Source of the DNA: Squalus acanthias
Lineage: Eukaryota
Direction of reading: 5' to 3'
Length of the DNA: 64,000 bases
NCBI GenBank assembly: GCA_030390025.1
Contig: CM059432.1
Coordinates: 138,200,001 to 138,264,000 of the forward strand
Shown here piece after piece: positions 23,237-35,754 of the stretch. Positions within the stretch are counted from its first letter, which is position 1. Every line of letters starts with the position of its first letter. The notes below the pieces were generated by a model. It ran no database searches, was not told the DNA's origin, and worked only from the letters and a program-made list of their open reading frames with translations. The translations under genes and the position numbers were made by a program.

Positions 23237-25211
23237 CAACCAGGCGTACCTAAAAATGAGGTGCCAACCTGGTGAAGCTACAACACAGGACTACATACAT
23301 GCTAAACAGCAGAAACAGCATGCTATAGACAGAGTTAAGCGATCCCATAACCAGCGGATCAGATCAAAGCTCTGCAGTCCTGCTACATCCAATCGTGAAT
23401 GGTGGTGAACTATTAAACAGCTAATGGGAGGAGGAGGCGCCATGAACATCCCCATCCTCAATGATAGCAGAGTCCAGCACATGAGTGCAAAAGACAAGGC
23501 TGAAGCGTTCGCAACCATCTTCAGTCAGAAGTGCTGAGTGGATGATTCATCTCGGCCTCTTCCTGATGTCCCAACCATCACAGAAGCCAGTCTTCAGCCA
23601 ATTCGATTCACTCCACGTGATATCAAGAAACGGCAGAGCAGACTGGATACAGCAAAGGCTATGGGCCCCGACAACATCCCGGCTGTCGTGCTGAAGACTT
23701 GTGCTCCAGAACTAGCCGCGCCTCTAGCCAAGCTGCTCCAGTACAGCTACAACACTGGCATCTATCCGACAATGTGGAAAACTGCCCAGGTATGTCCTGT
23801 CCACAAAAAGCAGGACAAATCCAATCCGGCCAATTACCGCCCCATCAGTCTCCTCTCAATCATCAGCAAAGTGATGGAAGGTGTCGTCGACAGTGCTATC
23901 AAGCGGCACTTACTCACCAATAACCTGCTCACCAATGCTCAGTTTGGGTTCTGCCAGGACCATTCGGCTCCAGACCTCATTACAGCCTTGGTTCAAACAT
24001 GGACAAAAGAGCTGAATTCCAGAGGTAAGGTGAGAGTGACTGCCCTTGACTTCAAGGCAGCATTTGACTGAGTGTTGCATCAAGGAGCCCTAGTAAAATT
24101 GAAGTCAATGGGAATCAAGGGGAAAACTCTCCAATGGCTGGAGTCATACCTATCACAAAGGAAGATGGTTGTGGTTGTTGGAGGCCAATCATCACAGCCC
24201 CAGTACATCACTGCAGGAGTTCCTCAGGGCAGTGTCCTAGGCCCAACCATCTTCAGCTGTTTCATCAATGACCTTCCCTCTATCATAAGGTCAAACGTGG
24301 GGATGTTCGCTGATGATTGCACAGTGTTCAGTTCCATTCGCAACTCCTCAGATAATGAAGCAGTTCGTGCCCGCATGCAACAAGACCTGGACAACAATCA
24401 GGCTTGGGCTGATAAGTGGCAAGTAACATTCATGCCACACAAGTACCAGGCAATGACCATCTGTAACAGGAGAGAGTCTAACCACCGCCACTTGACATTC
24501 AATGACATTACCATTGCCGAAACCCCCACCATTAACACCATGAGGGTCACCATTGACCAGAAACTTAACTGGACCAGCTACATAAATACTGTGGCTACAA
24601 GAGCAGGTCAGAGGCTGGGTATTCTGTGGTGAGTGTCTCACCTCCTGACTTCCCAAAACCTTTCCACCATCTACAAGGCACAAGTCAGGAGTGTGATGGA
24701 ATACTCTCCACTTGCCTGGATGAGTGCAGCTCCAACAAAACTGAAGAAGCTCGACGCCATCCAGGACAAAGCAGCCCGCTTGATTGGCACCCCATCCACC
24801 ACCTTAAACATTCACTCCCTCCACCACCAGTGCACCGTGGCTGCAGTGTGTACCATCTATAAGATGCACTGCAGCAACTCGCCAAGGCTTCTTCGACAGC
24901 ACCTCCCAAACCCGCAACCTCCACCGCCTAGAAGGACAAGGGCAGCAGGCGCATGGGAACACCACCACCTCCAAGTTCTCCTCCAAGTCACACACCATCC
25001 TGACTTGGAAATATATCGCTGTTCCTTCATCGACGCTGGGTTAAAATCCTGGAACTCCCTCCCTAACAGCACTGTGGGAGTACCTTCACCACACGGACTG
25101 CAGCGGTTCAAGAAGGTGGCTCACCACCACCTTCTCAAGGGCAATTAGGGATGGCCAATAAATGCTGGCATTGCCAGCGACGCCCACATCCGATGAGTCG
25201 AATTTTAAAAA
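23237..25211 (+). mobile_element. Non-LTR retrotransposon (CR1/L2 group, distinct family), 5'-truncated ORF2 RT plus 3' UTR
   Basis: KAMGPDNIP, NYRPISLLS, QFGF, LDFKAAFD, GVPQGSVLGP, FADD. One reading frame to 25148 with four TGA stops. Inserted in a minus-strand CR1 tail. Confidence 0.9.
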
Positions 25212-25526
25212 TCCCCGTGGTAGCGAGTTCCACATTCTAACCACACTCTGAGTAAGGAAGTTTCTCCTGAATTACTTGTACATTCACAGATGCATATACA
25301 CAGACACCGTACACAGACAGATATGGATATACAGACAGATACAGACAGACAGTTGTACATATACAGACAGTTAAATGTACATAGACAAATATGTATACAC
25401 AGATACATAACATAAACAGATACACAGTCACAGATACTCCAACATCTACACACAAATGCACGTACTCAGACAGCTAAATATATACAGACAGAATCACATA
25501 CACAGTTACATATACACAGACAGATG

Positions 25527-26241
25527 TATATTTTTTTTTATTCGTTTATGGGATCAGGGCGTCGCTGGCAATGCCAGCATTTATTGCCCATCCCTAGTTG
25601 CCCTTGAGAAGATGGTGGTGAGCCGCCTTCTTGAACCGCTGCAGTCCGTGTGGTGATGGTACTCCCACAGTGCTGTTAGGGAGGGAGTTCCAGGATTTTG
25701 ACCCAGCAACGATGAAGGATCGGCGATATACTTCGAAGTCAGGATAGTGTGTGACTTGGAGGGGACCTTGGAGGTGGTGGTGTTCCCATGCGCCTGCTGC
25801 CCTTGTCTTTCCAGGTGGAAAAGGTCACGGGTTTGAGAGGTCCTGCCGAAGAAGCCTTGGCGAGTTGCTGCAGTGCATCTTGTAGATGGTACACACTGCA
25901 GTCACGGTACGCCGGTGGTGGAGGGAGTGAATGTTTAAGGTGGTGGATGGGGTGCCAATCAAGCGGGCTGCTTTGTCCTGGATGGTGTCGAGCTTCTTGA
26001 GTGTTATTGGAGCTGCACTCATCCAGGCAAGTGGAGAATATTCCATCACACTCCTGACTTGTGCCTTGTAGATGGTGGAAAGGCTTTGGGGAGTCAGGAG
26101 GTGAGACACTCGCCGCAGAATACCCAGCCTCTGACCTGTTCTTGTTGCCACAGTATTTATGTGGCTGGTCCAGTTAAGTTTCTGGTTAATGGTGACCCCC
26201 AGGATGTTGATAGTGGGGGATTCAGCGATGGTAATGCCATT
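25527..26241 (-). mobile_element. Same LINE family, 3' portion
   Basis: ORF 25825..26448 C-terminal part (INILGVTINQKLNW..YKAQVRSVMEY) plus the 3' UTR. Confidence 0.9.
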
Positions 26242-27137
26242 GATACACCCATAGATACACATATCCACAGACAGATTCATATTCATGAACAAATACACGT
26301 ACACAGGAAAATTCATATACACAGCCAGATCAGTATACACAGATAGATACACATATACACACCTAGTTACACAAATATAACTACACATGCACACATTCTT
26401 GCATGGACTAGCCATACGCAAGTATAGACTCATAAATATAAGGGGCAATTTTAGACATTCACGCTCCCATTAGAAAGACCTTGGCCCATTAAACGTGTAT
26501 ATCAGGAACTCAGACGCATAATGGATCACCAAATGGTCAAAGGGACACTATACACTCATAGACATATACATCAACTTGAGGCATGTACATTTATGCATAC
26601 ACATCATACAGAGTCATAAATTAACACCGTTTTGACTGTAACCTTGCATTAGGTGACGGGTTAGATCTGCCTTTTCAACGTTTCCCTTGGATTTCCAGCA
26701 TTTCTGGTTATCTATGGATTCTACACATGTACAATCGAGCCCACTTATATGTCCCGCAGCATGTAAGATCTTAACAGTGAACCATTGCATTCTGTGATTG
26801 ACAGCCCTGATCTCAGGTTTCACTGTGAGTGTGCAGTGAGGTATAATGCACAGTGTTGTTACAAGGTATTAATAATACCTTGACACTTTGCAAGAAAGAC
26901 TCAAGATAATGATTTGAAATCTCCCGGAAACTATTCCTTACAGCACCTTAAAAAATAAAATGAAAAACCTAATCTAATAGCATTTAGTAAATTGAATATA
27001 TTCTTCTACATTCAGAGTAGAGTCCTGTTATGCGTAATAGACCAGAAGAGTTTTTAAAAAAAACTTATTTTTAACCAGCCTAAGATATAATATAATAAAG
27101 CTTTATCATTACTGATTATCTAAGGGTCAAAGTTGAG

Positions 27138-27265
27138 CAATGTGATAATGACCAGGTAATTTTTTTTTTTTGTGATGTTGATTGAGGGATAAATATTGAC
27201 CAGGACACCGGGGATAATTCCCCTGCATTTCATCAAAATAGTGCTATGGGGTCTTTTACATCCAC
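27138..27265 (-). repeat. 128-bp copy of an internal part of the neighbouring SINE, flanked by AAGTTGAG direct repeats
   Basis: Near-identical to 27504-27635; AAGTTGAG at 27130-27137 and 27266-27273. Confidence 0.8.
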
Positions 27266-27353
27266 AAGTTGAGATAAAAATCGATTTATACATAAAAGGA
27301 AACTGCTACTAACTTCTGCATATCTGAATATGAGCTACATATTTCCTACATTA

Positions 27354-27817
27354 AGAAAGAAAGACTTGCATTTATATAGCGCCTTTCATGACCTCAGGAT
27401 GTCTCAAAGCGCTTTACAGCCAATGAAGTACTTTTGAAGTGTAGTCACTGTTGTAATGTGGGAAACACGGCAACCAATTTAAGCACAGCAAGGTCCCACA
27501 AACAGCAATGTGATAATGACCAGGTAATCTGGGTTTTTTTTGTGATGTTGATTGAGGGATAAATATTGGCCAGGACACCCGAGATAATTCCCCTGCACTC
27601 CATCAAAATAGTGCTATGGGGTCTTTTACATCCACTAGAGAGAGCAGATGGGGCCTCAGTTTAACGTCTCAGCTGAAAGAAGGCACCATCCAACAGTGCA
27701 GCACTCCCTCAGTACTGCCAGCCTAGAATTATGTGCGCAAGTCTCTGGAGTGGGACTGGAACCCACAACATTATGACTCAGAGGCAAGAGTGCTGCCCAC
27801 TGAGCCACGGCTGACAC
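27354..27817 (-). mobile_element. DeuSINE, full length, inserted in an older + strand SINE tail
   Basis: Head, core and tail present; the host tail resumes at ~27820. Confidence 0.85.
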
Positions 27818-28399
27818 ACCAACAGTGAGTGCACTTCAAAAGTACTTCATTGGCTGTAAAGCGTTTTGGGATGTCCTGAGGCTGTGAAAGGCGCTCTATA
27901 AGTGCAAGTTCTTGCTTTTCTTTCTACAATTTGAGTGTACATTTGTTTTTATCACATAGTTGAATACGTTCCTGCGATTTAATGGTCTCGACTCACAAAA
28001 TGCAGGAGCAGAGTCAGGACTCCACTCAATGCCCAGAACTGCCTCAACACATACCCAGAAAAGGATATCTTGTGAGAATGTGCTGATCCAACGTTCTATC
28101 AGTGTGGCTCACTGGCACTGTGAATTCTGCCAATGACGATATAACCATGTTAAGTCTTCACTTTATGAATGAACTGCAGTGGAGAATGTGTCTCTTTTAC
28201 TGGTGGTTAGTAGTAAAACCACATGTTATTATCCAGCACGCCAGAATTCAAGGAGCTGGAAACTGAATCCAACTCTATCTTCAGCTGGTAAAATATATGG
28301 TTGCCAGGGCGGCACCTGCCTATCATTTCTGACGTTAAGATGGAGGACAGAATTTACTCAGAGAAATGAAAACAATTCTTGCAGAAAGAACCAGATGTG

Positions 28400-28640
28400 A
28401 GATGAGGAGAATTTTTTTTTAACACTTGTTATGATCTGGAATGCGCTGCCTGGCAGGGCGGTGGAAGCAGATTCAGTAGGAACTTTCAAAAGGGAATTGG
28501 ATAAATACTTGAAAAGGAAACATTTGCAGGGCTACGGGGAAAGAGCAAGTGGAGTGGGACTAATTGGAGAGCTCTTTCAAAGGGCTGGCATAGGGACAAT
28601 GGGCCGACTGGCCTCCTCCTGTGCTGTATGATTCTATCAT
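28400..28640 (+). mobile_element. CR1 3' end
   Basis: IWNALPGRAVEADS..LQGYGER plus 3' UTR. Confidence 0.85.
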
Positions 28641-29070
28641 ATAGGACGTATGAAGATGCCTTGTAATTTACAGTCACCCAAACTGAAATAAAATTGATAT
28701 GGCAATAAAACAAAACTTTCTTCTGTTATCATATTTCAGATTTGTGATTTAAAAAACTCGGTACTTAAACTGTTAATTACAAAATGTATCACAGTTACAA
28801 GCAAGGCCTGTGCAGTTGAGAAGAGTTGCTTATTGACCCAAATAGAATTTAAATTATTATTTAAATAACTGGGTAAAAGTTGCACATTTTTCCATAGTAT
28901 GCCACACCTTGACACCTGCAGTTTTTGTGACTTACTCAGTAACCCTTTCCTGTTCAATATCAAGCATTTTGCTTTTACATATGTTCTCGGTTTAGTTCTG
29001 GCTCCCATTGTGACACAAGCCATTTCTTTCCAAACTGAGATTTTTTTTACCTTTTAATACGCTTTGCCTT

Positions 29071-30290
29071 GTGTCAGGTGTGGCTCAGTTGGTAGCACTC
29101 TTGTTTCTCAGTCAGAAGTGTGAGGTGATGCATTTTGGCAGAAGGAACAGGGAGAGTTTTAATGACACAGTTTTGAAGAGTGTGCAGGGACAGAGGGACC
29201 TGGGAGTTAATGTGCATAGGTCCCTGAAGGTGGCAGGACAAATTGAGAGAGTGGTTTCATAAATAGAGGTATTGAGTACAAAAGTAGAGAAGTTATGCTG
29301 AACCTTTATAAAGCGCTGGTTAGGCAACATTGGAGTTTTGGTCACCACACTTTAGGAAGGATGTGAAGGCCCTTGAGAGGGTGCAGAGGAGATTTACCAG
29401 AATGCTTCCGGGGATGGGGGATCTTAGCTACAAGGACAGGTTGGAGAAGTTGGATTTGTTTTCATTAGAGCAAAGGAGGTTGAGGGGTGATTTGATAGAG
29501 GTGTACAAGATTATAACGGGTTTTGATAGGCTAGACGGGGAAAGGCTGTTCCCACTAGTTGATGGTACAAGGACTAGGGGACACAGATTGAAGGTTTTGG
29601 GCAAGAGATACAGGGGGGAATGTGAGGAAAAACTTTTTTATGCAGCGAGTTGTGAGGACCTGGAACTCGCTGCCGACGGGAGTGGTGGAAGCGGAGACAC
29701 TCAATGTTTTCAAGGGGAGACTGGATAGGCACTTGAGGGAAATAAACTTGCAGGGCTACGGGGATAGAGCGGGGGAATGGGACTGACTGGATTGCTCTAC
29801 AGAGAGCTGGCACGGACTCAATGGGCCGAATGGCCTCCTTCTGTGCCGTTATGACTCTATGACTATGAGAAGGTTTGTAGGGTCAGTCCAAGAGACTTGA
29901 ACACAAAAATCCAGGCTGACACTCCAATACTGTACTGAGGGAGTGCTGCACTGTCGGAGGTGCCGTCTTTTGGATGAGACGTTAAACCGAGGCCCCGCCT
30001 GCCCTCTCAGGTGGACTTAAAAGATCCCATGACACTATTCGAAGAGGAGCAGGGGAGTTATCCCTGGCGTCCTGGCAAATATTTATCCCTCAATCAACAT
30101 CACAAAAAAACAGATTATCTGGTCATTATCACATTGCTGTTTGTGGGAGCTTGCTGTGCACAAATTGGCTGCCGTGTTTCCTACATTACAACAGCGACTA
30201 CACTTCAAAAGTACTTCATTGACTGTAAAGCGCTTTGGGACGTCCGGTGGTCGTGAAAGGTGCTATATAAATGCAAGTCTTTCTTTTTTT
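29071..30290 (+). mobile_element. DeuSINE split by a CR1 insertion (CR1 29119-29867, TSD AGAAG)
   Basis: AGAAG at 29114-29118 and 29868-29872; CR1 ORF 29330..29728; (ATGACT)n-type tail. Confidence 0.85.
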
Positions 30291-31349
30291 ACCTGTTTTT
30301 GTACAAGTCCAAATTAAAGCTGATAGCATTCGGGGAATGGTACCATTGTTGTAACAATATTTATTTGTATGCCTGAAGAAAGATCAGTCAGTTTTAAAAT
30401 CGTAGTCACCCTGCAGTTCACACAGAGAGACACATCAAACCCAGTGGGGAAACAGTAAAAGACAAACAATATCAGGAAAATAATCCTGTTCTGGAAATAC
30501 TTTCCAAAAAAATTGAAAGGTGCTGTGATTTGAGAAGTTATTGAAGAAGAACTGGTACTTTCATTGAAAGAGTAAAGTGCATTTGCACTTTTAACGTACC
30601 ATCCTTTTAAAAGCTGCACTGTCATTTCAAATCCAGTAGGTGGTGATGATAAGCAGCACTCTTTGCCCAGGTGTGATACATTGTCCAAATATAAAACCCA
30701 CCTACTGCAGTATTTAAATAAATATAAATGCATTTGACAAAACAAATGTCTGACCTTTTGAATCTTTGACAAGCTTATAAAAATGAGGTAGGCTTCAACA
30801 GACAGCGCTGATTTAAGTTGGCTGCTTGACCTTGGTAAACAATTTATTTACAATTGCTCTTTTCCTTTGGGTGAAATCGTCAACCATGACTGCTGGTCCG
30901 GAATTATATTTTTAACCTCTTGGTTCTTGATTTATTTCATTCGCTTATAATTAGCTTTATTTAGATTTCGATTTAGACTGAAGTAGATATAGCAATAAAC
31001 GGAAGTCAGCATAACAGATAACACAAGATAGAAAATAGCACAAAACATTATAAAAGGTGCAGACTGATCATTGCAATGATGGTAGTGTTATTTATCTATC
31101 TATTGAGTCGGTCATATATTCATTTCCCTCTGCTATATTTTTCAATTTAGAAATTCTCTTAATATTTAAGTATATTCAGTAATTTTTGTGTTCATCTGGT
31201 TGAGGGATGTTAGTGCTGAATTTTTAAAATACTTTTACCCTCTCCCCCACCCCATTCAGTGCAAACACTCAAAATCTCGGTGAGGTACAGCTCCTACACC
31301 GCCCGAATGATGTCCTTTTACTCTGATCTCAGAAAGGTACCTCCCAACT

Positions 31350-31724
31350 ATAGAGGTTTTCAAGATGATGCGAGGTTTTGATAGAGTAAATAGAGAAAAA
31401 CTATTCCCTCTGGCGAGGGGGTCAATAACCAGAGGTCACAGATTCAAAATCATTGGATAAAGATCTAGAGGGGAGATGAGGAAACATATTTTCACTCAGA
31501 GAGTTGTGGGGATCTGGAACGCTCGACCTGAAAAGGTGGTGGAAGCTGATTCCATCAATAATTTTAAAAGGGAGTTGGACGGGTTCTGGAGGATGAGGAA
31601 CTCACAGGGTTAGGGACAAAAGCGGGGGATGTGGGACTAAACACGACTGCTCTTTCAAAGAGCCGGCACAGGCACGACGGGCCGAACGGCCTCCTTCTGT
31701 GCTCTAAGTTTCTACGACTCTATG
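31350..31724 (+). mobile_element. CR1 3' end (same family as 1-530)
   Basis: Near-identical to the reverse complement of 1-340. Confidence 0.85.
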
Positions 31725-31957
31725 AACTGCACCACTGTTAATTTTTCCACTTCCCACTCCAGAAAACCTTTCGACCTCTGTGAGATTGCCAGCTCGGAGC
31801 CGGATTTGCACAACTGGAAGGAATAGTGTGCTGTGAGCCCACACTCTGTATCAACCGTGTCAACACGGCTCAAATTTGTTTCACGTAGGACTCTTGCAGT
31901 CAATACGGGAAGGAAGCTTTCATCCCTTCGATCTGTGCAGGATTCAAACCCATATCA

Positions 31958-32445
31958 GGATCCTTGCTTTATAAACAGAGGCATGGAGTGCAAAAGCAAG
32001 TTATGCTAAACCTTTATAAATCACTGGTTAGGCCCCAGCTGGAATATTGTGTGTCCAATTCTGGGTACCGCACTTCAGAAAGGATGTCAAGGCCTTGGAG
32101 AGGGTGCAGAGGAGATTTACCGGACTGATAGGGTGGCAAAGTGGAGTTAATGTAGAAGGTCAGCCATGATCTTATTGAATGGCAGAGCAGGCTCGAAGGG
32201 CTGTATAGCCTCCTCCTGCTCCTAATTCTTATGATACCAGGGATGAGGGACTTCAGTTATGGAGAGCGACTAGAGACCAGCGAAGTTGGGATTGTTCTCC
32301 TTAGGGTAGAGAAGGTTAAGGGGAGATTTAATAGAGATGTTCAAAATTGTGAAGGGTTTTGATAGAGTAAATAAGGAGAAATTGTTTCCACTGGTAGAAG
32401 GGTCAGCAACTAGAGGACACAGATTTAAGGTAATTGGCAAAAGAA
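31958..32445 (+). mobile_element. CR1 ORF2 fragment with a nested short CR1 tail (~32130-32233)
   Basis: LVRPQLEY, LRGDLIEMFK and TRGHRFK motifs. Confidence 0.75.
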
Positions 32446-33196
32446 CATTCTTGTTGCTCGTGGGGGAAGCACCTATCCCTCAGCTCAGCCCCTCCCCAAT
32501 GGCAGGGCTGACATTAGAAAGTCAACACGTTATGTATCAATAGCGTCCTCTATGAAAACCTTCTCAGCACAGTAGTCAACAGTGTCAAGGTCAAGCAGCT
32601 TCTAAATCACAGTGCTTATAGTAAATCCAGTCAAGGCACTGCACTCAATGGTAGCACAGTATTTACAGTATCAACAATCACTATTTTCTTGAATAACCCA
32701 TTCCCTTCCTTATCCTTCTGGAATGAAAACAACAATGAAAGTCAACCAGATCATTTCACAACGAGCCGGTTACGACATCAATGTCTACATTGCTTTTCCT
32801 AATAACTCAACAGCTCATATAATGCTTAATCATATTCCCACTCTAGGAGGGAAGCTTGGAAGCTTTGCACATCTCACACCTGCAGGAAGCAGATCACTAA
32901 GCTTCTTATGTATGCTATGATGCAAGGACTATGAATAGTAGCTGACTCGACCATAAGTGGCCTGTAATACCAAAAGACCATACACTGCAACCAACAGTGC
33001 TAAAATAAGTTCCTCTATTCTGGCAACCTGCCCAGTAGAGTAGAGGGTGCAATGGGCTTATCTGCTATATGATGGGTATATTGTGATCTATGCTAAGACT
33101 ACATAGTAACAGAAGGTTCTGTGTTCAAGTCCCACTCCAGAGATTTGAGCACAAAATCTAGGCCCACACTCCCAGAGCAATGCTGATTCTGTGCAC

Positions 33197-35007
33197 TTTT
33201 TTTTATTCGTTCATGGGATGTGGGCGTCGCTGGCAAGGCCAGCATTTATTACCCATCCCTAGTTGCCCTTGAGAAGGTGGTGGTGAGCCACCCCTTCTTG
33301 AACCACTGCAGTCCGTGTGGTGAAGGTACTCCCACAGTGCTGTTAGGGAGGGAGTTCCAGGATTTTGGCCCAGCGACGATGAAGGAACGGCGATATATTT
33401 CCAAGTCAGGATGATGTGTGACTTGGAGGGGAACTTGGAGGTGGTAGTGTTCCCATGTGCCTGCTGCCCTTGTCCTTCTGGGTGGTAGAGGTCGTGGGTT
33501 TGGGAGGTGCTGCCGAAGAAACCTTGGTGAGTTGCATCTTGTAGATGGTACACACTGCAAACAAGGTACACCAGTGGTGGAGGGAGTGAATATTTAAGGT
33601 GGTGGATTGGGTGCCAATCAAGCGGGCTGCTTTGTCTTGGATGGTGTCTAGCTTCTTGAGTGTTGTTGGAGCTGCACTCGTCCTGGCAAGTGGAGAGTAT
33701 TCCATCACACTCCTTACTTGTGCCTTGTAGATGGTGGAAAAGCTTTGGGGAGTCAGGAGGTGAGACTGTCGTCGCAGAATACCCAGCCTCTGACCTGCTC
33801 TTGTTGCCACAGTATTTATGTGGCTGGTTCAGTTAAGTTTTGGTCAATTGTGGCCCCCTGGATATTGATGGTGGGGGATTCGGTGATGGTAATGCTGTTG
33901 AATGTCATGGGGCGGTGGTTAGACTCTCGCTTGTTGGAGATAGTCATTGCCTGGCACTTGTGTGGCATGAATGTTACCTGCCACTTATCAGCCCAAGCCT
34001 GAATGTCATCCAGGTTTTCCTGCATGCGGACATGGACTGCTTCATTATCTGAGGAGTTGCAAATGGCACTGAACACTGTACAGTCATCAGCGAACATCCC
34101 CACTTCTGACCTTATGATGGAGGGGAGGTCATTGAGGAAGCAGCTGAAGATGGTTGGGCCTAGGACACTGCCCTGAGGAACTCCTGCAGCGCTGTCCTGG
34201 GGCTGTGATGATTGACCCTCAATCACCACAACCATCTTCCTTTGTGTTCGGTATGACTCCAGCCAGTGGAGAGTTTTCCCCACGATTCCCATTGACTTCA
34301 GTTTTACTAGGACTCCTTGATGCCACACTCGGCCAAATGCTGCCTTGATGTCAAGGGCAATCACTCTCACCTCATCTCTGGAATTCAGCTCTTTTGTCCA
34401 TGTTTGGACCAAGGCTGTCATGAGGTCTGGAACCAAGTGGTCCTGGTGGAACCCAAACTGGGCATCAGTGAGCAGGTTATTGGTGAGTAAGTGTTGCTTG
34501 ATAGCACTGTTGACGACACTTTCCATCGCATTGTTGAGGATTGAGAGTAGACTGATGGGGCAGTATTTGGCTGGATTAGATTTGTCTTGCTTTTTGAGGA
34601 CAGGACATACCTGGGAAGTTTTCCACATTGTCGGATAGATGCCAGTGTTATAGCTGTACTGGAACAGCTTGACTAGAGGCGCGGCTAGTTCTGGAGCATA
34701 AGTCTTCAGCAAGACAGCCGGGATGTTGTCGGGGCCCACAGCCTTTGCTGTATCCAGTGCGCTCAGCCATTTCTTGATATCATGTGGAGTGAATCGAATT
34801 GGCTGAAGACTGGCTTCTGTGGTGGTGGGGACCTCAGGAGGAGGCCGATATGGATCATCCACTCGGCACTTCTGGCTGAAGATGGTTGCAAACGCTTCAG
34901 CCTTGTCTCTTGCACTCACGTGCTGGGCTCCACCATCATTGAGGATGGGGCTATTCATGGAGCCTCCTCCTCCCGTTAGTTGTTTCCTGGTCCTCCACCA
35001 TTCAAGA
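33197..35007 (-). mobile_element. Non-LTR retrotransposon (same family as 23237-25211) inserted in a DeuSINE (33108-33196; 35061-35372)
   Basis: 427-aa ORF 33816..35099 carries the RT core (FADD); 3' UTR and A-rich tail at 33197. Confidence 0.9.
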
Positions 35008-35754
35008 CTGCACCACTGTAAATTTTTCCACTTCCCACACCAGCAAACCTTTTCGCCTCTGTGCCATCTTTCGGGTGAGACGTTAAACCGAGGCCCCATC
35101 TGCCCTGTCAGGTGAACATAAAAGATCCCATGGCACTATTTCAAAGAAGAGAAGGGGCGTGCTCCCCGGTGTCCTGGCAATACTTATCCTCAATCAACGG
35201 CACTAAAACTGATTATCTGGTCACTATCTCATTGCTGATTGTGGGATCTTGCTGTGCGCAAATTGGCTGCCGCGTTTCCTACATTACAACAGTAACTACA
35301 CTTTCAAAAGTACTTCATTGGCTGTAAAGTACTTTGGGATGTCCTGAGGTCATGAAAGGCACTATAGAAATGTTTGTTTCTTACAATATTATATACAATA
35401 CTAAACCAAAGCTCTTGAATACGTATCCATACTCAGGACTCTATGAACCTCCTGCTATATTGCTTCCCCCATCCTCAATGAGTGATTTATGGGTTCAAAT
35501 TTTGGTCCTGAAACGTTTCAAGAACTGTCTTAACATCTGTCACTGAGTCATAAAAAATAAAATATAAATGTTGACATCAGATTCTTCAAATCGTGATTAT
35601 TCACAGTAAAAGAAACTGAGCACATTAATGATGCTGTTACCTGATGCATGTTCTAGATACAGGACCGAAACGCCATATGATTTTTCACTCAATGTAATTA
35701 TTCAAGTTAATTAAGAAGATTCTTTTTTAAGTGTAGCCCCCATGAGCTTAGGCG

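Larger units (their letters stand above)
22670..26610. repeat. Degenerate (AC/AT/ACAG)n low-complexity tract interrupted by LINE insertions
   Basis: Blocks at 22670-23060, 25280-25527 and 26242-26610 share the same purine-pyrimidine alternating composition. Confidence 0.75.

Noticed and set aside
23237..25148. In-frame TGAs as selenocysteine or readthrough codons
   Set aside because: Positions correspond to Arg/Trp-type codons in sister copies; ordinary mutation explains them.
30314..30772. 152-aa minus-strand ORF in unique DNA
   Set aside because: Non-ATG start, no domain or splice context recognised.
35641..35675. CTGATGC..GTTCT/AGGAC..CGAAAC hammerhead-like motif
   Set aside because: Core deviates from CUGANGA and there is no PLE context; at best a highly decayed relic.
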